Shown here in pieces: positions 29,430 through 38,473 of a DNA stretch of 64,000 nucleotides (the stretch's first letter is position 1; the number at the start of each line of letters is the position of its first letter). Source of the DNA: an uncultured Desulfobacterales bacterium (GTDB lineage Bacteria > Desulfobacterota > Desulfobacteria > Desulfobacterales > C00003060); NCBI GenBank assembly GCA_964430705.1, contig CAYSGJ010000017.1:24007-88006 (forward strand), in the 5' to 3' direction. The notes under the pieces are model-generated. The model was given only the letters and a program-made list of their open reading frames with translations, was not told the DNA's origin and made no database searches. A program made the position numbers and the translations under genes.

Positions 29430-29880
29430 CTTGATGCATGGCTCAAGTGGCCGAACTGGAAACCGATGGTGCTCAGAGGCGTACGGCAGGTGGGAAAAAC
29501 GTGGCTTGTGCGGGATTTCGCCCAGAGGAACAAGCTTCGGCTGATTCAATCGAATGAAAAATTCTTCAAGGGCCTGATGCTGGATATCGGGCTCCGTTTC
29601 CACCATGCTCGGCCTTTCTTCGGTAGGACAGTCCCGCACTCAAATCATGGCTTTTGCAAATAAGGGGGGGCTGGCGGAACAGTTTGTCGGGCAACAATTG
29701 AGGGCGGCTCAGTCCCCATCACAGGATCCCCAGCTCTTTTACCGGCAAAGAACCGGCGGCCGCCAGGGTGAAATCGATTATGTCGTCCAGCATGGAAGTC
29801 ATATCATTCCCATCGAGGTAAAAGCCGTGGCCTCGGGAGGAATGAAATCCCTCCATCAATTCCTGTATGATGCCTTGACA
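29430..29880 (+). pseudogene. Remnant of an AAA+ ATPase (DUF4143-type) gene
   Basis: The P-loop piece VLRGVRQVGKTWLVRDFA joins directly to C-terminal pieces (..EIDYVVQHGSHIIPIEVKA..) in shifted frames. The N-terminus and middle are missing. Confidence 0.55.
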
Positions 29881-29897
29881 TTTCAGAACTTGATGCT

Positions 29898-30179
29898 ATG
29901 ATGCCTTTCATGAGAACAACACTGACCTTACAGGACGACCTGGCTCGAAAACTTCGTGAAAAGGCCCACCAGGAAGGCGTGTCTTTCAAGGAAGTCGTGA
30001 ATAATGCGATCAGGGAAGGTTTGAGCAGAATCGATCGACCCCAAAAAAATAAAAAACCGTATAAGTGCAAATCCTACAGCTTGGGTTATCCGCCCCGGGC
30101 TGCCCTTGACCACGCGCTGGAACTGGCAGACAGATTGGAATCAGAAGAGCTTGCGCGTAAATTACTGCTCAGAAAATGA
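29898..30179 (+). CDS. vapB: Type II antitoxin (VapB-like)
   Basis: MRTTLTLQDDLARKLREKAHQEG... is a typical short antitoxin. Its stop overlaps the start of the PIN gene. The start may be ATG 29910. Confidence 0.75.
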   Translation: MMPFMRTTLTLQDDLARKLREKAHQEGVSFKEVVNNAIREGLSRIDRPQKNKKPYKCKSYSLGYPPRAALDHALELADRLESEELARKLLLRK

Positions 30180-30604
30180 AACTCGTCGATATCAATCTGC
30201 TGATTTACGCCATCAATAAAGACACGCCCCATCATTCCAAGGCAAAGATTTGGCTGGAAGAGTCCCTGTCAAATGAGGAACCTTTTGGTTTCGCCTGGAT
30301 TGTGATTTTAGGTTTTTTGAGGATCGTCACAAATTCCAGAATCATGCCGGCTCCGCTTTCGCCCGAGCTTGCCATCGCTATTGTTGACGATTGGCTGCAA
30401 CAGCCGCCGTCGCTGACAGTTGTGCCATCACAACGGCACTGGTCCATATTGAAAGAATTGCTGCCGCCCCTTGGAACCGCCGCAAATTTAACCTCCGATG
30501 CCCATCTAGCTGCTCTGGCAATCGAGCACGGGGCCCGTCTCTATTCTACGGATAACGATTTCACCCGGTTTCAACCATTACGCTGGACAAATCCCTTGGA
30601 ATGA
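30176..30604 (+). CDS. vapC: PIN-domain toxin VapC
   Basis: MKLVDINLLIYA (first acidic residue), ...TSDAHLAALAIEHGARLYSTDNDF (PIN C-terminal acidic motif). Confidence 0.85.
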   Translation: MKLVDINLLIYAINKDTPHHSKAKIWLEESLSNEEPFGFAWIVILGFLRIVTNSRIMPAPLSPELAIAIVDDWLQQPPSLTVVPSQRHWSILKELLPPLGTAANLTSDAHLAALAIEHGARLYSTDNDFTRFQPLRWTNPLE

Positions 30605-30843
30605 CTGAGCCTTGCTCCAGAATGTCTTCAATGTAAAGGGAATCGAGCGACACGTTCTGGGCATTTTCAATATATAACGTTCTTCGAATTTCCACTTTTA
30701 ACGCTGAATATGTCCCTGTCGGCTGTAAGTGCGGCGGTTGAAAGAGGCGCAAGATTCGCCGCGGCGAACAACTATCTATTAACGGAAACCCTAAACATGT
30801 AAATCGAAAGAGAACGTCCCCAAAAGCCTGTGCACGATGGTCA

Positions 30844-30931
30844 CAAACCGACCCCACTCAAACAACGCGTTGAAATTTATATTTTTGACAATTTCAACGC
30901 GTTGTTTTATTCTAAAACCGAAAAAACATCG
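30844..30931. repeat. Right copy of the direct repeat, carrying an internal 15-bp inverted duplication
   Basis: CAACGCGTTGAAATT-N12-AATTTCAACGCGTTG is inserted relative to the left copy. Confidence 0.7.
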
Positions 30932-31189
30932 GCTTCGCAGTTCGCTTCAACGCCAATCCTCCAATGATTGAAAAAATAGACGTGAAAACAACATTGGGAC
31001 GGCCGGTTAAATACCGGCTGCTTTCATTGCCGCTGTATCTCGCCGGACGCCTCAACGCTCTCAGCGATTTGTATTACCAACCCGAATAAACGGGCGGCTT
31101 GCTGCACTTGTCCCATGGCAAGCAGTCAGCTTGCTGGTTGTCGTGGGCTCTCTATTTTTTCTTGCCTCCTTGATCGGATGTGAATACCG

Positions 31190-32278
31190 CTACAAAAGCC
31201 ATCTCTTAAAAAAGGGGTCGTGAATCGTCCAATGGTCGTTTTTTTCTACAGCCCCCAACTGCTCTACATGCGAAAGGGCGGCCGTGAGCTGTGATCCGGT
31301 CCGAAAGCCGTATTGGCTGAGGTTTTCTGCGGCAAAGACATTCTTGCCTCCTGTGCCCGCCACAAGCTTTAACGCCCGTTTTTGGTTCAACGTCAGGGTA
31401 TCCCACACGTAAGCGTACTCCGGTATCCGCTTCTCCACAAGGCGCCGTTCGATCCGATCGAGGACCTCAACGGACATATCCTTTTCCGGCCACAGGTGGA
31501 AAAAAAAGGCCTGGACATACATAGGGTGGTTTTCGCAACGCCCCGCCACGTCTTCGATCAATCTGTCGTCAATGGGCCGGTCGGCGTTCTTATAAAGACC
31601 CTTGATCCACCTGACATAATGTATAGTCTCGATCTTTCCCAACGGATATCCTTCAGCAGCCAGGTAGAAGGCGCGGTTTTTATCGCGGAACATTTCGGTG
31701 AGCAGATGGCGTTGGCTTCCGGCAAAAATGTACCCGATATTTCCGTGCATCTGGATCGCCTTTCTCAGGCGTTTTTCGAATGCCGGGCCGCCGTATGCCG
31801 CCACCTCCTGAAATTCATCGAAAGCAACGACCACTCTTTTCTTCCGGGAGAGGTTTTCTGCAACCTCAAATATCTCTTCGATGGTTCGATCTTCCACCGC
31901 CTTGCTGAACACGGGAACCGCCGTCGGCAGTCCGGTAACGGGATCGACGCTAAAGTTGATACCGATACTCCGGACGCCCTCACGAAATACTTTGATAAGC
32001 CGCTCCATTTTCGATTCGACGGTGCTGAGTCCTTTTAGGAAGGCGATCACAAATTCTTCCACACGGGTCGTCCCATAGAGGTCTACGTAGACCGGCGTCG
32101 CCTGCCTCAGGCCCTTGAAGATTTTCAGGATCAAAGATGTTTTACCGAACCGGCGGTGGGAATAGAGCAACACGTTCTGACCGTTCTCTATGTATTGCCG
32201 TAATTCTTTTTGCTCCTTTTCCCGATTACAAAAAGCACGATCTGCCACGACGCCTGAAAATTTGAATGGATTTTTCAT
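31190..32278 (-). CDS. AAA+ ATP-binding protein (archaeal-ATPase-like family)
   Basis: FCNREKEQKEL...LLYSHRRFGKTSL (Walker A), VVAFDEFQE (Walker B). 362 aa. Confidence 0.75.
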   Translation of the reverse strand: MKNPFKFSGVVADRAFCNREKEQKELRQYIENGQNVLLYSHRRFGKTSLILKIFKGLRQATPVYVDLYGTTRVEEFVIAFLKGLSTVESKMERLIKVFREGVRSIGINFSVDPVTGLPTAVPVFSKAVEDRTIEEIFEVAENLSRKKRVVVAFDEFQEVAAYGGPAFEKRLRKAIQMHGNIGYIFAGSQRHLLTEMFRDKNRAFYLAAEGYPLGKIETIHYVRWIKGLYKNADRPIDDRLIEDVAGRCENHPMYVQAFFFHLWPEKDMSVEVLDRIERRLVEKRIPEYAYVWDTLTLNQKRALKLVAGTGGKNVFAAENLSQYGFRTGSQLTAALSHVEQLGAVEKNDHWTIHDPFFKRWLL

Positions 32279-32594
32279 GGCCGGCCCACCCTCCGATATG
32301 ACGTTCGAGACGACTCCGTTTTGTTGTATTTATATTACGTTTTTTACGTATTGTCAATAAATAAGTAGCCTACTTGAAAGGAAGGCGTACCGCCACGGAA
32401 TCGCCCGGGCGCCTTTTGGCGTTGCGGGAAGTTGGAGACGCAGGTTAAATCATAATGTGATTCCCGAGGACGAAGCTGTTGCGAAAGGCGACATCGCTCC
32501 AGGAACATCAATTCTTGGTTTGCGAGGCGGGAAACACCGACTGAAGATCTGAATTTGAAGTTGATTGAAGAAAGAGATTCTACAATATCCCCCT

Positions 32595-33455
32595 TTACTT
32601 TGCGCACTGCCCCATGATGACCAAACCCAGCCATTTCTCATCCATTGCCTTCAGGTCCTGTTCGATCTTTCCCAGGCTGCTTCTCAAGACCCGCTCCTTG
32701 TCCGGGTAACCGGCGTAATATACGACGGCGATCGGCAAATCGGGAGAATAGTGTTGACGAAATCTTTCCGCCGCCTTGCTCATGGACGAAAGGGACATAT
32801 ACAAAACCATGGTCGTCTCATATTTAGACAAGTCCTTGAGGATCTCGTCTCCCTTTTCCCATGACTCGCCGAACAGGGACTGCGGCGAGGTCAGCGCGAC
32901 AAACCGCACATCACTTGGCGTCACGGTGGTTTTGAGGGCCGCCGCCGCCGCATTAAAAGCGCCCATGCCCGGCACCACTTCGAACAGGTCGGCATCAAAC
33001 CCTTCCAGCAGATAGTGAAGGCTCGGCCCGTAGACACAGGGATCGCCGCCGTCCATCATGGCTACGGTTTTTCCCTCGCTCAGTTTTTCCATGATGAATG
33101 CCTGCACCTTGGCCACCCGTTCCTTCCTTTCGGCAACCGCCCCCTCCGGATCGCTTTTTTTATCCTTTTCGACTTCCTTTCCCATCACGCGTTTCCACGG
33201 ATCAAAGGCAACCTTCTTGGGATCGATGTGCGTACCGAATCGCGCGAAGCGTTCCGGCATTCTCGGGGAACAAAGGTAAACGTCCGCCTTTTCAACGACG
33301 GCCAGCGCGCGGGGCGCCGTCAGATCGGCTCCGGCCGGCCCCATACCCACCACATACAGCTTGCCCATCCTGCCGCTGAACGCACTGAATGGGAATATCA
33401 GAAGGACAAGAAAAGCAACAACCGGCGCCAAGAAAAAGCTCGGGAATTTTCTCAT
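32595..33455 (-). CDS. Exported tetrapyrrole-methylase-fold protein, paralogue 3
   Basis: ATG 33455. Signal MRKFPSFFLAPVVAFLVLLIFPFSAFS. Motifs LYVVGMGPAGA, MMDGGDPCVYGPS, VVPGMGAFNAAAAAL and VLYMSL. Confidence 0.7.
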   Translation of the reverse strand: MRKFPSFFLAPVVAFLVLLIFPFSAFSGRMGKLYVVGMGPAGADLTAPRALAVVEKADVYLCSPRMPERFARFGTHIDPKKVAFDPWKRVMGKEVEKDKKSDPEGAVAERKERVAKVQAFIMEKLSEGKTVAMMDGGDPCVYGPSLHYLLEGFDADLFEVVPGMGAFNAAAAALKTTVTPSDVRFVALTSPQSLFGESWEKGDEILKDLSKYETTMVLYMSLSSMSKAAERFRQHYSPDLPIAVVYYAGYPDKERVLRSSLGKIEQDLKAMDEKWLGLVIMGQCAK

Positions 33456-33511
33456 AAAGCGACCTTCTCTTTCCGGATCTCTTTGTTCATATGGATGTTG
33501 CAACACGGCTG

Positions 33512-34021
33512 TTACCGCCCATCCCGTTTTTTCATGGCTGTTCGGTTTTTCCAAAGATAAGCAATCGCACCAACGTTGAACATCAGGCTTAGTCCCAATG
33601 CGATTTTACCGGATTTTGAGGTTGGTCCGGATACCATCGCCTGCGTATCCTTATTGGGATGGACCGAGTCGGCCTGCTCGGTTGCATCCGGTGCGACCTC
33701 GATGACACCGCGCGCCAGGTGGCCCATGCCATCCTGGACCTCTATATGCCATGTGCCTGCCGTGTCCGGATAGAAAGCGAATCTGCCGCGACGATCGGTT
33801 CTTCCGTTTTGATATTCGACTTTTTCATCCAACGGACTGAACACGAGCACTTCGGCATACTGCATGGGTTCTCCGTCGGCATAATTGAACTCGGCTGTAA
33901 CGGCCCTGGCATCGTCCAAGACCCGATAGGCCGTTCCATGGGCGCCGGCAGCGGCGGCGCCGAAAAACACCAACGCCGGAATAACTCCGAACCAAACAAG
34001 ATATTTCATCACATTCTTCAT
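33512..34021 (-). CDS. Periplasmic Ig-like/carboxypeptidase-regulatory-like domain protein with a C-terminal membrane anchor
   Basis: Signal peptide, then a beta-sandwich-like segment (GRTDRRGRFAFYPDTAGTWHIEVQD), then a C-terminal TM (IALGLSLMFNVGAIAYLW). TAATG overlap with the upstream gene. Confidence 0.6.
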   Translation of the reverse strand: MKNVMKYLVWFGVIPALVFFGAAAAGAHGTAYRVLDDARAVTAEFNYADGEPMQYAEVLVFSPLDEKVEYQNGRTDRRGRFAFYPDTAGTWHIEVQDGMGHLARGVIEVAPDATEQADSVHPNKDTQAMVSGPTSKSGKIALGLSLMFNVGAIAYLWKNRTAMKKRDGR

Positions 34022-34743
34022 TATGGAACCTCAAATACGAGAAAGGTGGTAAAAAGATGATAATCTTTTTCCGGATCGCCTTTGACAGGAACCTTGTGCC
34101 GTGCCATCAATGGGTAAAAACCCTTTTTTGTTATCTTGATGCGGCCGGTCCCATTTGCGTCGGTTCGAATTGCCTCTCCATCCACGTCCAAAAGCGTGAC
34201 GTTCGCTAATGGATTGTCGTCGAAAACAGCCTGTATGGACAGGTCGCCGCCCACGGGAACGCGTGAAGGGTCTTCGAAGGGAATCAATTCAAATTTTATT
34301 CCAATCGGTTTTGTATTCCCCTCGCCTTCTTTGAACAGAACCTTGGCGTATTGGGTTGAAAAAAAGGAATCGATCACCCGAAGGCCCGCCTTTTCCGCAT
34401 CCTGCCTTCGCAACAGCTTTTTGCCCTGGGTCGTGTTGACGCGATATCCCCAATCACACCGGACCCCGACCAGTGAAATGCTTTCCGATGTCCGGAATCG
34501 AACTCGCTCCGCATCATCGATTCTCTGAAGCTTTTCAGCGGGTATGATCGCACCGTCCGGTCCTACCGCGACAAACGCCTTGACGTACTCGGGCTTATAG
34601 GGATCCAGTCGTTCAGGAATGAGCCCCCGGGCAACAACGTAGGAATCGTTAGTTTTCACCACCCATAGATGATGGGCGTATGCGGCGCTTACAGGAGAAA
34701 AGCCCATCAAGGCAAAAATGAAAGAGAGTCTAATCCAGGTCAT
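34021..34743 (-). CDS. DUF4198-type periplasmic protein, paralogue b
   Basis: Signal, then AHHLWVVKTND. Same architecture as 24104..24865 and 41340..42122. Confidence 0.7.
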   Translation of the reverse strand: MTWIRLSFIFALMGFSPVSAAYAHHLWVVKTNDSYVVARGLIPERLDPYKPEYVKAFVAVGPDGAIIPAEKLQRIDDAERVRFRTSESISLVGVRCDWGYRVNTTQGKKLLRRQDAEKAGLRVIDSFFSTQYAKVLFKEGEGNTKPIGIKFELIPFEDPSRVPVGGDLSIQAVFDDNPLANVTLLDVDGEAIRTDANGTGRIKITKKGFYPLMARHKVPVKGDPEKDYHLFTTFLVFEVP

Positions 34744-34886
34744 GTGGTTTTTCCCCGTGAAACAGGCCTGCAGGGGTTACAGTTCAACACCTTGTAACCT
34801 GCATGGCACGTCCATTGTTTCGGTGATTGCTGCCTGGGAAAGCCTCTGCGGCGCTCCGAGCAGCCGTTTTACCTCTCCTGCGATGT

Positions 34887-36968
34887 TTAAAATTCAACCT
34901 TCAGACCGGCTGTCACTATAGCACCCGGGGCGATGGTGTCCCCGCTCGAAATGGATCGAAATATAGGGTACTCTTTATCAAATATGTTTTCCGCATTCAC
35001 ATAAGCGGTGACGCGATCGAAGAATTTGCGCGAAACCGAAGCATCCACGGTAAGATAATCAGTTTCCTTCAGTGTGTTTTCATTGTCAAAGTAAATATTG
35101 GCATAGTAATTGGCGGTCAGCGAGATATTTACCAATTGCGGATTTTGATACCGGATCCCGAAATGGACCTGGTGCCGAGGATCGTTGGGCAGGTAGTTTC
35201 CCTCCAGATCGGCATTGTTCTCATCCTTTTTGACCTCAGAAATATTGAAGGTGTAGTTAGCAAAAAGGGTGAGGTCGGATAGCGCATACCACTCCAGTTC
35301 CGTTTCAACTCCGTAAATGTCTACCTCGCTGATATTGTCCAACTGATACTCATACCGGGTTTTGCCCCCGGCAAAGATGCCGGTGCCGGTGAGACGGTCG
35401 CCGATATAATCCTTGGCAAGAGACTGGTAAAAAGTCAGTCTGCCTTGGAGGCTGTTGGTCAGGAAATGTTCCACCCCTACATCGTAGGACCATATTTCCT
35501 CAGGCTCCAAATCGGGGTTGGCTTCACGATAATAGGTACCACCGCCGCGGACGTGAACTTTGTAAAGCTCAAAAAGACTGGGGGCCCGAAAACCCTTTCC
35601 GCCGGAGGCCCTTAGCGTGGTGTTATCATCGGGATGCCAGGCAACACCCAGTTTGGGGGAGAAACTGCCTTCCGTGTTGGAATCGTACCTATTGCTGTAG
35701 GCCGCCTTGCCCGCGCTTGCGGCCGTATCCCAATTGGCTCCGTCCGAGGTTTCAATCCAATCGTAGCGCGCCCCCAGGTTGACGATCAGACTGTCATTCA
35801 GAAAACGCAAATCCAGATTGGCAAAGGGAGAAATGAACTGCTGGGTGCCCTCGGCGCCTGCGTCACGGGTGCTGCCGGGGTAGTCCTCGTCATATTCAAA
35901 TTGCGCTTCCTTAAATGACGCGCCGAAAGTTATCCGGGCCGGGTTCCAATTCAAAAGTGTTCCCTGGAGATCGGCGCCCCAGGTTTGAGTGCCCTTAAAC
36001 TTTTCGTCTCTAAAGGGAGATGTGTAATTGTCGTTGGCCGTGTCCTGAAAGGCCGTTTTGTCCGCACGGTTGAGATAAAGGAGGCCCTTCAGCCCGAGGT
36101 TCTCCCCCGTGTTGGTGTAATTCAACCAGTATTGGTCCAGTTGCAGGTCGTTGTGAAAAAACTTGCGCCCCTGGCCCGCGTCCTGATCGAAATACAGTGC
36201 CGCAATAGAGATATCGGAGGACGAGGTCAGATCATAGGTCGCCTTGCCCAGCACCTTGCCCGCCTCACGGTACCGTTTGATGTTATAACTTTCCACCCGA
36301 TCAGTCATGTAAAAGCCGTCACTCTCCTCATAGCCGCCTGCCAGCATGAGTCCAAGGTCGTTGAATCTCTGGCTGTGATAGGCAGAACCGCTATAGGTGT
36401 CCCCGGTTCCCGCCGTTACATGCAGCGACGTTTGTCTCTGCAATTTCGGCTTTTTGGTGATGATATGGACCACACCGCCCAAGCCTTCTGATCCATACAT
36501 GGCGGAGGTCGGACCCCGCACGATCTCGATGCGCTCAATCGTTTCTTTGGGAATGTGACCCCAGGCCACCCAGGCAATGGCGTTGTTGAAATTGTCATTC
36601 TGCGGCACCCCATCCACCAGCACCAGAACCCTGTTGTTGCCGACGCCGCGCATTTTGAGGGGACTTACGATACCATTGGTCTGAAGTCCATAATGTCGAA
36701 AATTGTACATGCCCGGCACGCTGCGTACGATATCCTCCACGCGCTCAAAGGGCGAGGCCATGAGTTCCTCGTTGGAAATGACCGTAACACTCTGGGGCAC
36801 ATCGAACACGGACATCTCGCTTCGCGTGGCGGAAACAACCACTTCATCCAGCCTAATCCTTTGAGGTTCCGTGTCAGCCGCCAAACCGCACAAGGGAAGT
36901 GCCAAGACCATGGCCGTGAGCGCGGCGACGATGTGTGTTTTCACTCTTCTTCTCCCTTTCTTTTTCAC
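34887..36968 (-). CDS. TonB-dependent receptor 2
   Basis: Plug domain (DEVVVSATRSEMSVFDVPQSVTVI), barrel, GFRAPSLFELY, C-terminal ...AGLKVEF. GTG start 6 nt after AGGAGA; a later GTG at 36944 is also possible. Confidence 0.85.
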   Translation of the reverse strand: MKKKGRRRVKTHIVAALTAMVLALPLCGLAADTEPQRIRLDEVVVSATRSEMSVFDVPQSVTVISNEELMASPFERVEDIVRSVPGMYNFRHYGLQTNGIVSPLKMRGVGNNRVLVLVDGVPQNDNFNNAIAWVAWGHIPKETIERIEIVRGPTSAMYGSEGLGGVVHIITKKPKLQRQTSLHVTAGTGDTYSGSAYHSQRFNDLGLMLAGGYEESDGFYMTDRVESYNIKRYREAGKVLGKATYDLTSSSDISIAALYFDQDAGQGRKFFHNDLQLDQYWLNYTNTGENLGLKGLLYLNRADKTAFQDTANDNYTSPFRDEKFKGTQTWGADLQGTLLNWNPARITFGASFKEAQFEYDEDYPGSTRDAGAEGTQQFISPFANLDLRFLNDSLIVNLGARYDWIETSDGANWDTAASAGKAAYSNRYDSNTEGSFSPKLGVAWHPDDNTTLRASGGKGFRAPSLFELYKVHVRGGGTYYREANPDLEPEEIWSYDVGVEHFLTNSLQGRLTFYQSLAKDYIGDRLTGTGIFAGGKTRYEYQLDNISEVDIYGVETELEWYALSDLTLFANYTFNISEVKKDENNADLEGNYLPNDPRHQVHFGIRYQNPQLVNISLTANYYANIYFDNENTLKETDYLTVDASVSRKFFDRVTAYVNAENIFDKEYPIFRSISSGDTIAPGAIVTAGLKVEF

Positions 36969-37040
36969 GTTTTCTCTCCTTTCTCGAAGCTTCTCCAGTC
37001 CCTTGTTCGCCGCTAAAACCGACAGACCTCCATTGCCCCG

Positions 37041-37202
37041 TAAAATAAAAAAGCCACGAGGCCGAATCATCCCTTCTAGGACGCGAGCCTTCGTGGCTGG
37101 ATTTACAAAATCGTGTGTTTAAAATTGCGCTGATCGGCGGTTTCTACCACCGGATTATAAGCATATGCTTATTTTTCTATCATCGGCATGGTCGTCTGTC
37201 AA
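37041..37202 (-). promoter_or_regulatory. Leader module ii
   Basis: TTGACA (37202-37197)-17-TAGAAA (37179-37174). 12-bp palindrome AAGCATATGCTT (37159-37170) at the predicted start site. Hairpin CGGUGGU-AGAA-ACCGCCG (37152-37135). Compound hairpin 37098-37052 plus a U-tract. Confidence 0.6.
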
Positions 37203-37390
37203 TAGGGAAAAGGCCGCATGGGCCGTGCAACCTCGCGCGCAAGCGGCATGTTTCTGTAAATCGGAAACTTTTCCGTTTTTTTATTGACAACCCCGAAAAA
37301 ACAATTACGATCACGCCAAAGGGCGTCTGAAATGCTTTTTATCGATTGCCATGAAGGCAATCCAAATCTTCAGGAGAGGAGGGAATTGTC

Positions 37391-37453
37391 ATGAAAATCA
37401 AAAAAGTTGAAAAGTGTCGGAAAGGGCTTTGTAAGTGTAAAAGCTCTTGCTGA
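37391..37453 (+). CDS. 20-codon Cys-rich micro-ORF (MKIKKVEKCRKGLCKCKSSC)
   Basis: GGAGAGGAGGG lies 7 nt upstream. TTGACA-16-TACGAT promoter-like motif at about 37276-37303. A strong terminator lies 24 nt downstream. Confidence 0.5.
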   Translation: MKIKKVEKCRKGLCKCKSSC

Positions 37454-37476
37454 CGTTTAAGAACCTTCATCAGAAA

Positions 37477-37508
37477 AAGCCTGGCATTTTGCAATGCCCG
37501 GCTTTTTT
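37477..37508 (+). terminator. Rho-independent terminator of the micro-ORF transcript
   Basis: AAGCCTGGCATT-TTGC-AATGCCCGGCTT followed by TTTTTT. Confidence 0.7.
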
Positions 37509-37732
37509 GCGGTTATGAGCCTCTTGTCGCATCTAATGATAACATTTGAAAATCGAACAACTTTCATCTCTGACAATATGAACGGTCGAACAACAACGTA
37601 TAAAAAAACACAGATGTGTTTAAAGCAACGCGAAAAAGTGGGCAGGTTTGACAATACGTCGGGCATGCATTAATTTTTTAAAATTATTGAATTCAACAAA
37701 GCAACCCCTTCCCACGAAAGGAGGACTTGGCG

Positions 37733-37996
37733 ATGAAAGGCACTCATGAACACGAACATCTGCACTCCCACGAACACACCCACCAACATGACCATGAACA
37801 CAATCACGGAGATGAAGTGCACATGCATGAACACGCCCACACCCATGTTCACGAGCACGAACACCAACACGCTCATGAACATGGCCACGGCGACGACGAG
37901 CACGTTCACGAACACAAACACACGGAAGGAGACCACGGATCGCATGAACACGTGCATCCAGCCCACGATTCAGAGGTGCACAAGCATTCACATTAG
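37733..37996 (+). CDS. Histidine-rich cytoplasmic protein (35 His in 87 aa)
   Basis: AAAGGAGG lies 8 nt before the ATG. No signal peptide. TTGACA-17-TAATTT promoter-like motif at about 37647-37675. A terminator follows. Confidence 0.75.
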   Translation: MKGTHEHEHLHSHEHTHQHDHEHNHGDEVHMHEHAHTHVHEHEHQHAHEHGHGDDEHVHEHKHTEGDHGSHEHVHPAHDSEVHKHSH

Positions 37997-38014
37997 GCGA
38001 TTGGAATACCTTGG

Positions 38015-38056
38015 GCAGAAAAGGCTGGCTCTTTGAGGCCGGCCTTTTCTGCTTTT
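38015..38056 (+). terminator. Rho-independent terminator
   Basis: GCAGAAAAGGCTGGC...GCCGGCCTTTTCTGC followed by TTTT. Confidence 0.7.
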
Positions 38057-38248
38057 ACAGTCTACCACCCCATGGTGATCTGAGTTCTCTGTCAAGTTTT
38101 TGCATCGAATATCTTAAAAGGTGGACACATGGCGATAGTTGGGGCAATCGTTTTTTGGAACGGCCACCCCGTTTTTCAGGGTCGAGCACCCTGACAGACC
38201 ATCCCGATCGTGACCTGGGTTGTGCTTGATAAGCCGGTAATCTTTGGA

Positions 38249-38473
38249 TCAGACTTCGACCCATACCGTCTTTCTGTTGTCAGCATCCTTTTTGGAAGCC
38301 AGCCAATCCTTGCCGAGCCTCCTGCACCAGTCACGTACAGCCTTTTCAAAATTCGTGCAATCCCCCACGACTTGCAGGATATCGCCATGATGCATTTCCG
38401 CCGCCTTCATAGCTATCTGAAAGACCACTTTGGGATACCGCAGACCACTTGTATCGAGGACCTGGTTTTGCAT
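38249..38473 (-). CDS. TusA/SirA-fold protein lacking the catalytic Cys
   Basis: 74 aa. LDTSGLRYPKVV stands where TusA has LD-x-RGL-x-CP-x-P. GAGGAGGG lies 6 nt before the ATG. Confidence 0.65.
   Translation of the reverse strand: MQNQVLDTSGLRYPKVVFQIAMKAAEMHHGDILQVVGDCTNFEKAVRDWCRRLGKDWLASKKDADNRKTVWVEV

Noticed and set aside
37727-37996. CRISPR-like or microsatellite array in the His-rich regions (also 19560-19770)
   Set aside because: The periodicity comes from codons (CAC/CAT alternating with GAA/GAC/ACC) inside open reading frames with good SDs. There are no spacer-repeat units and no cas genes.
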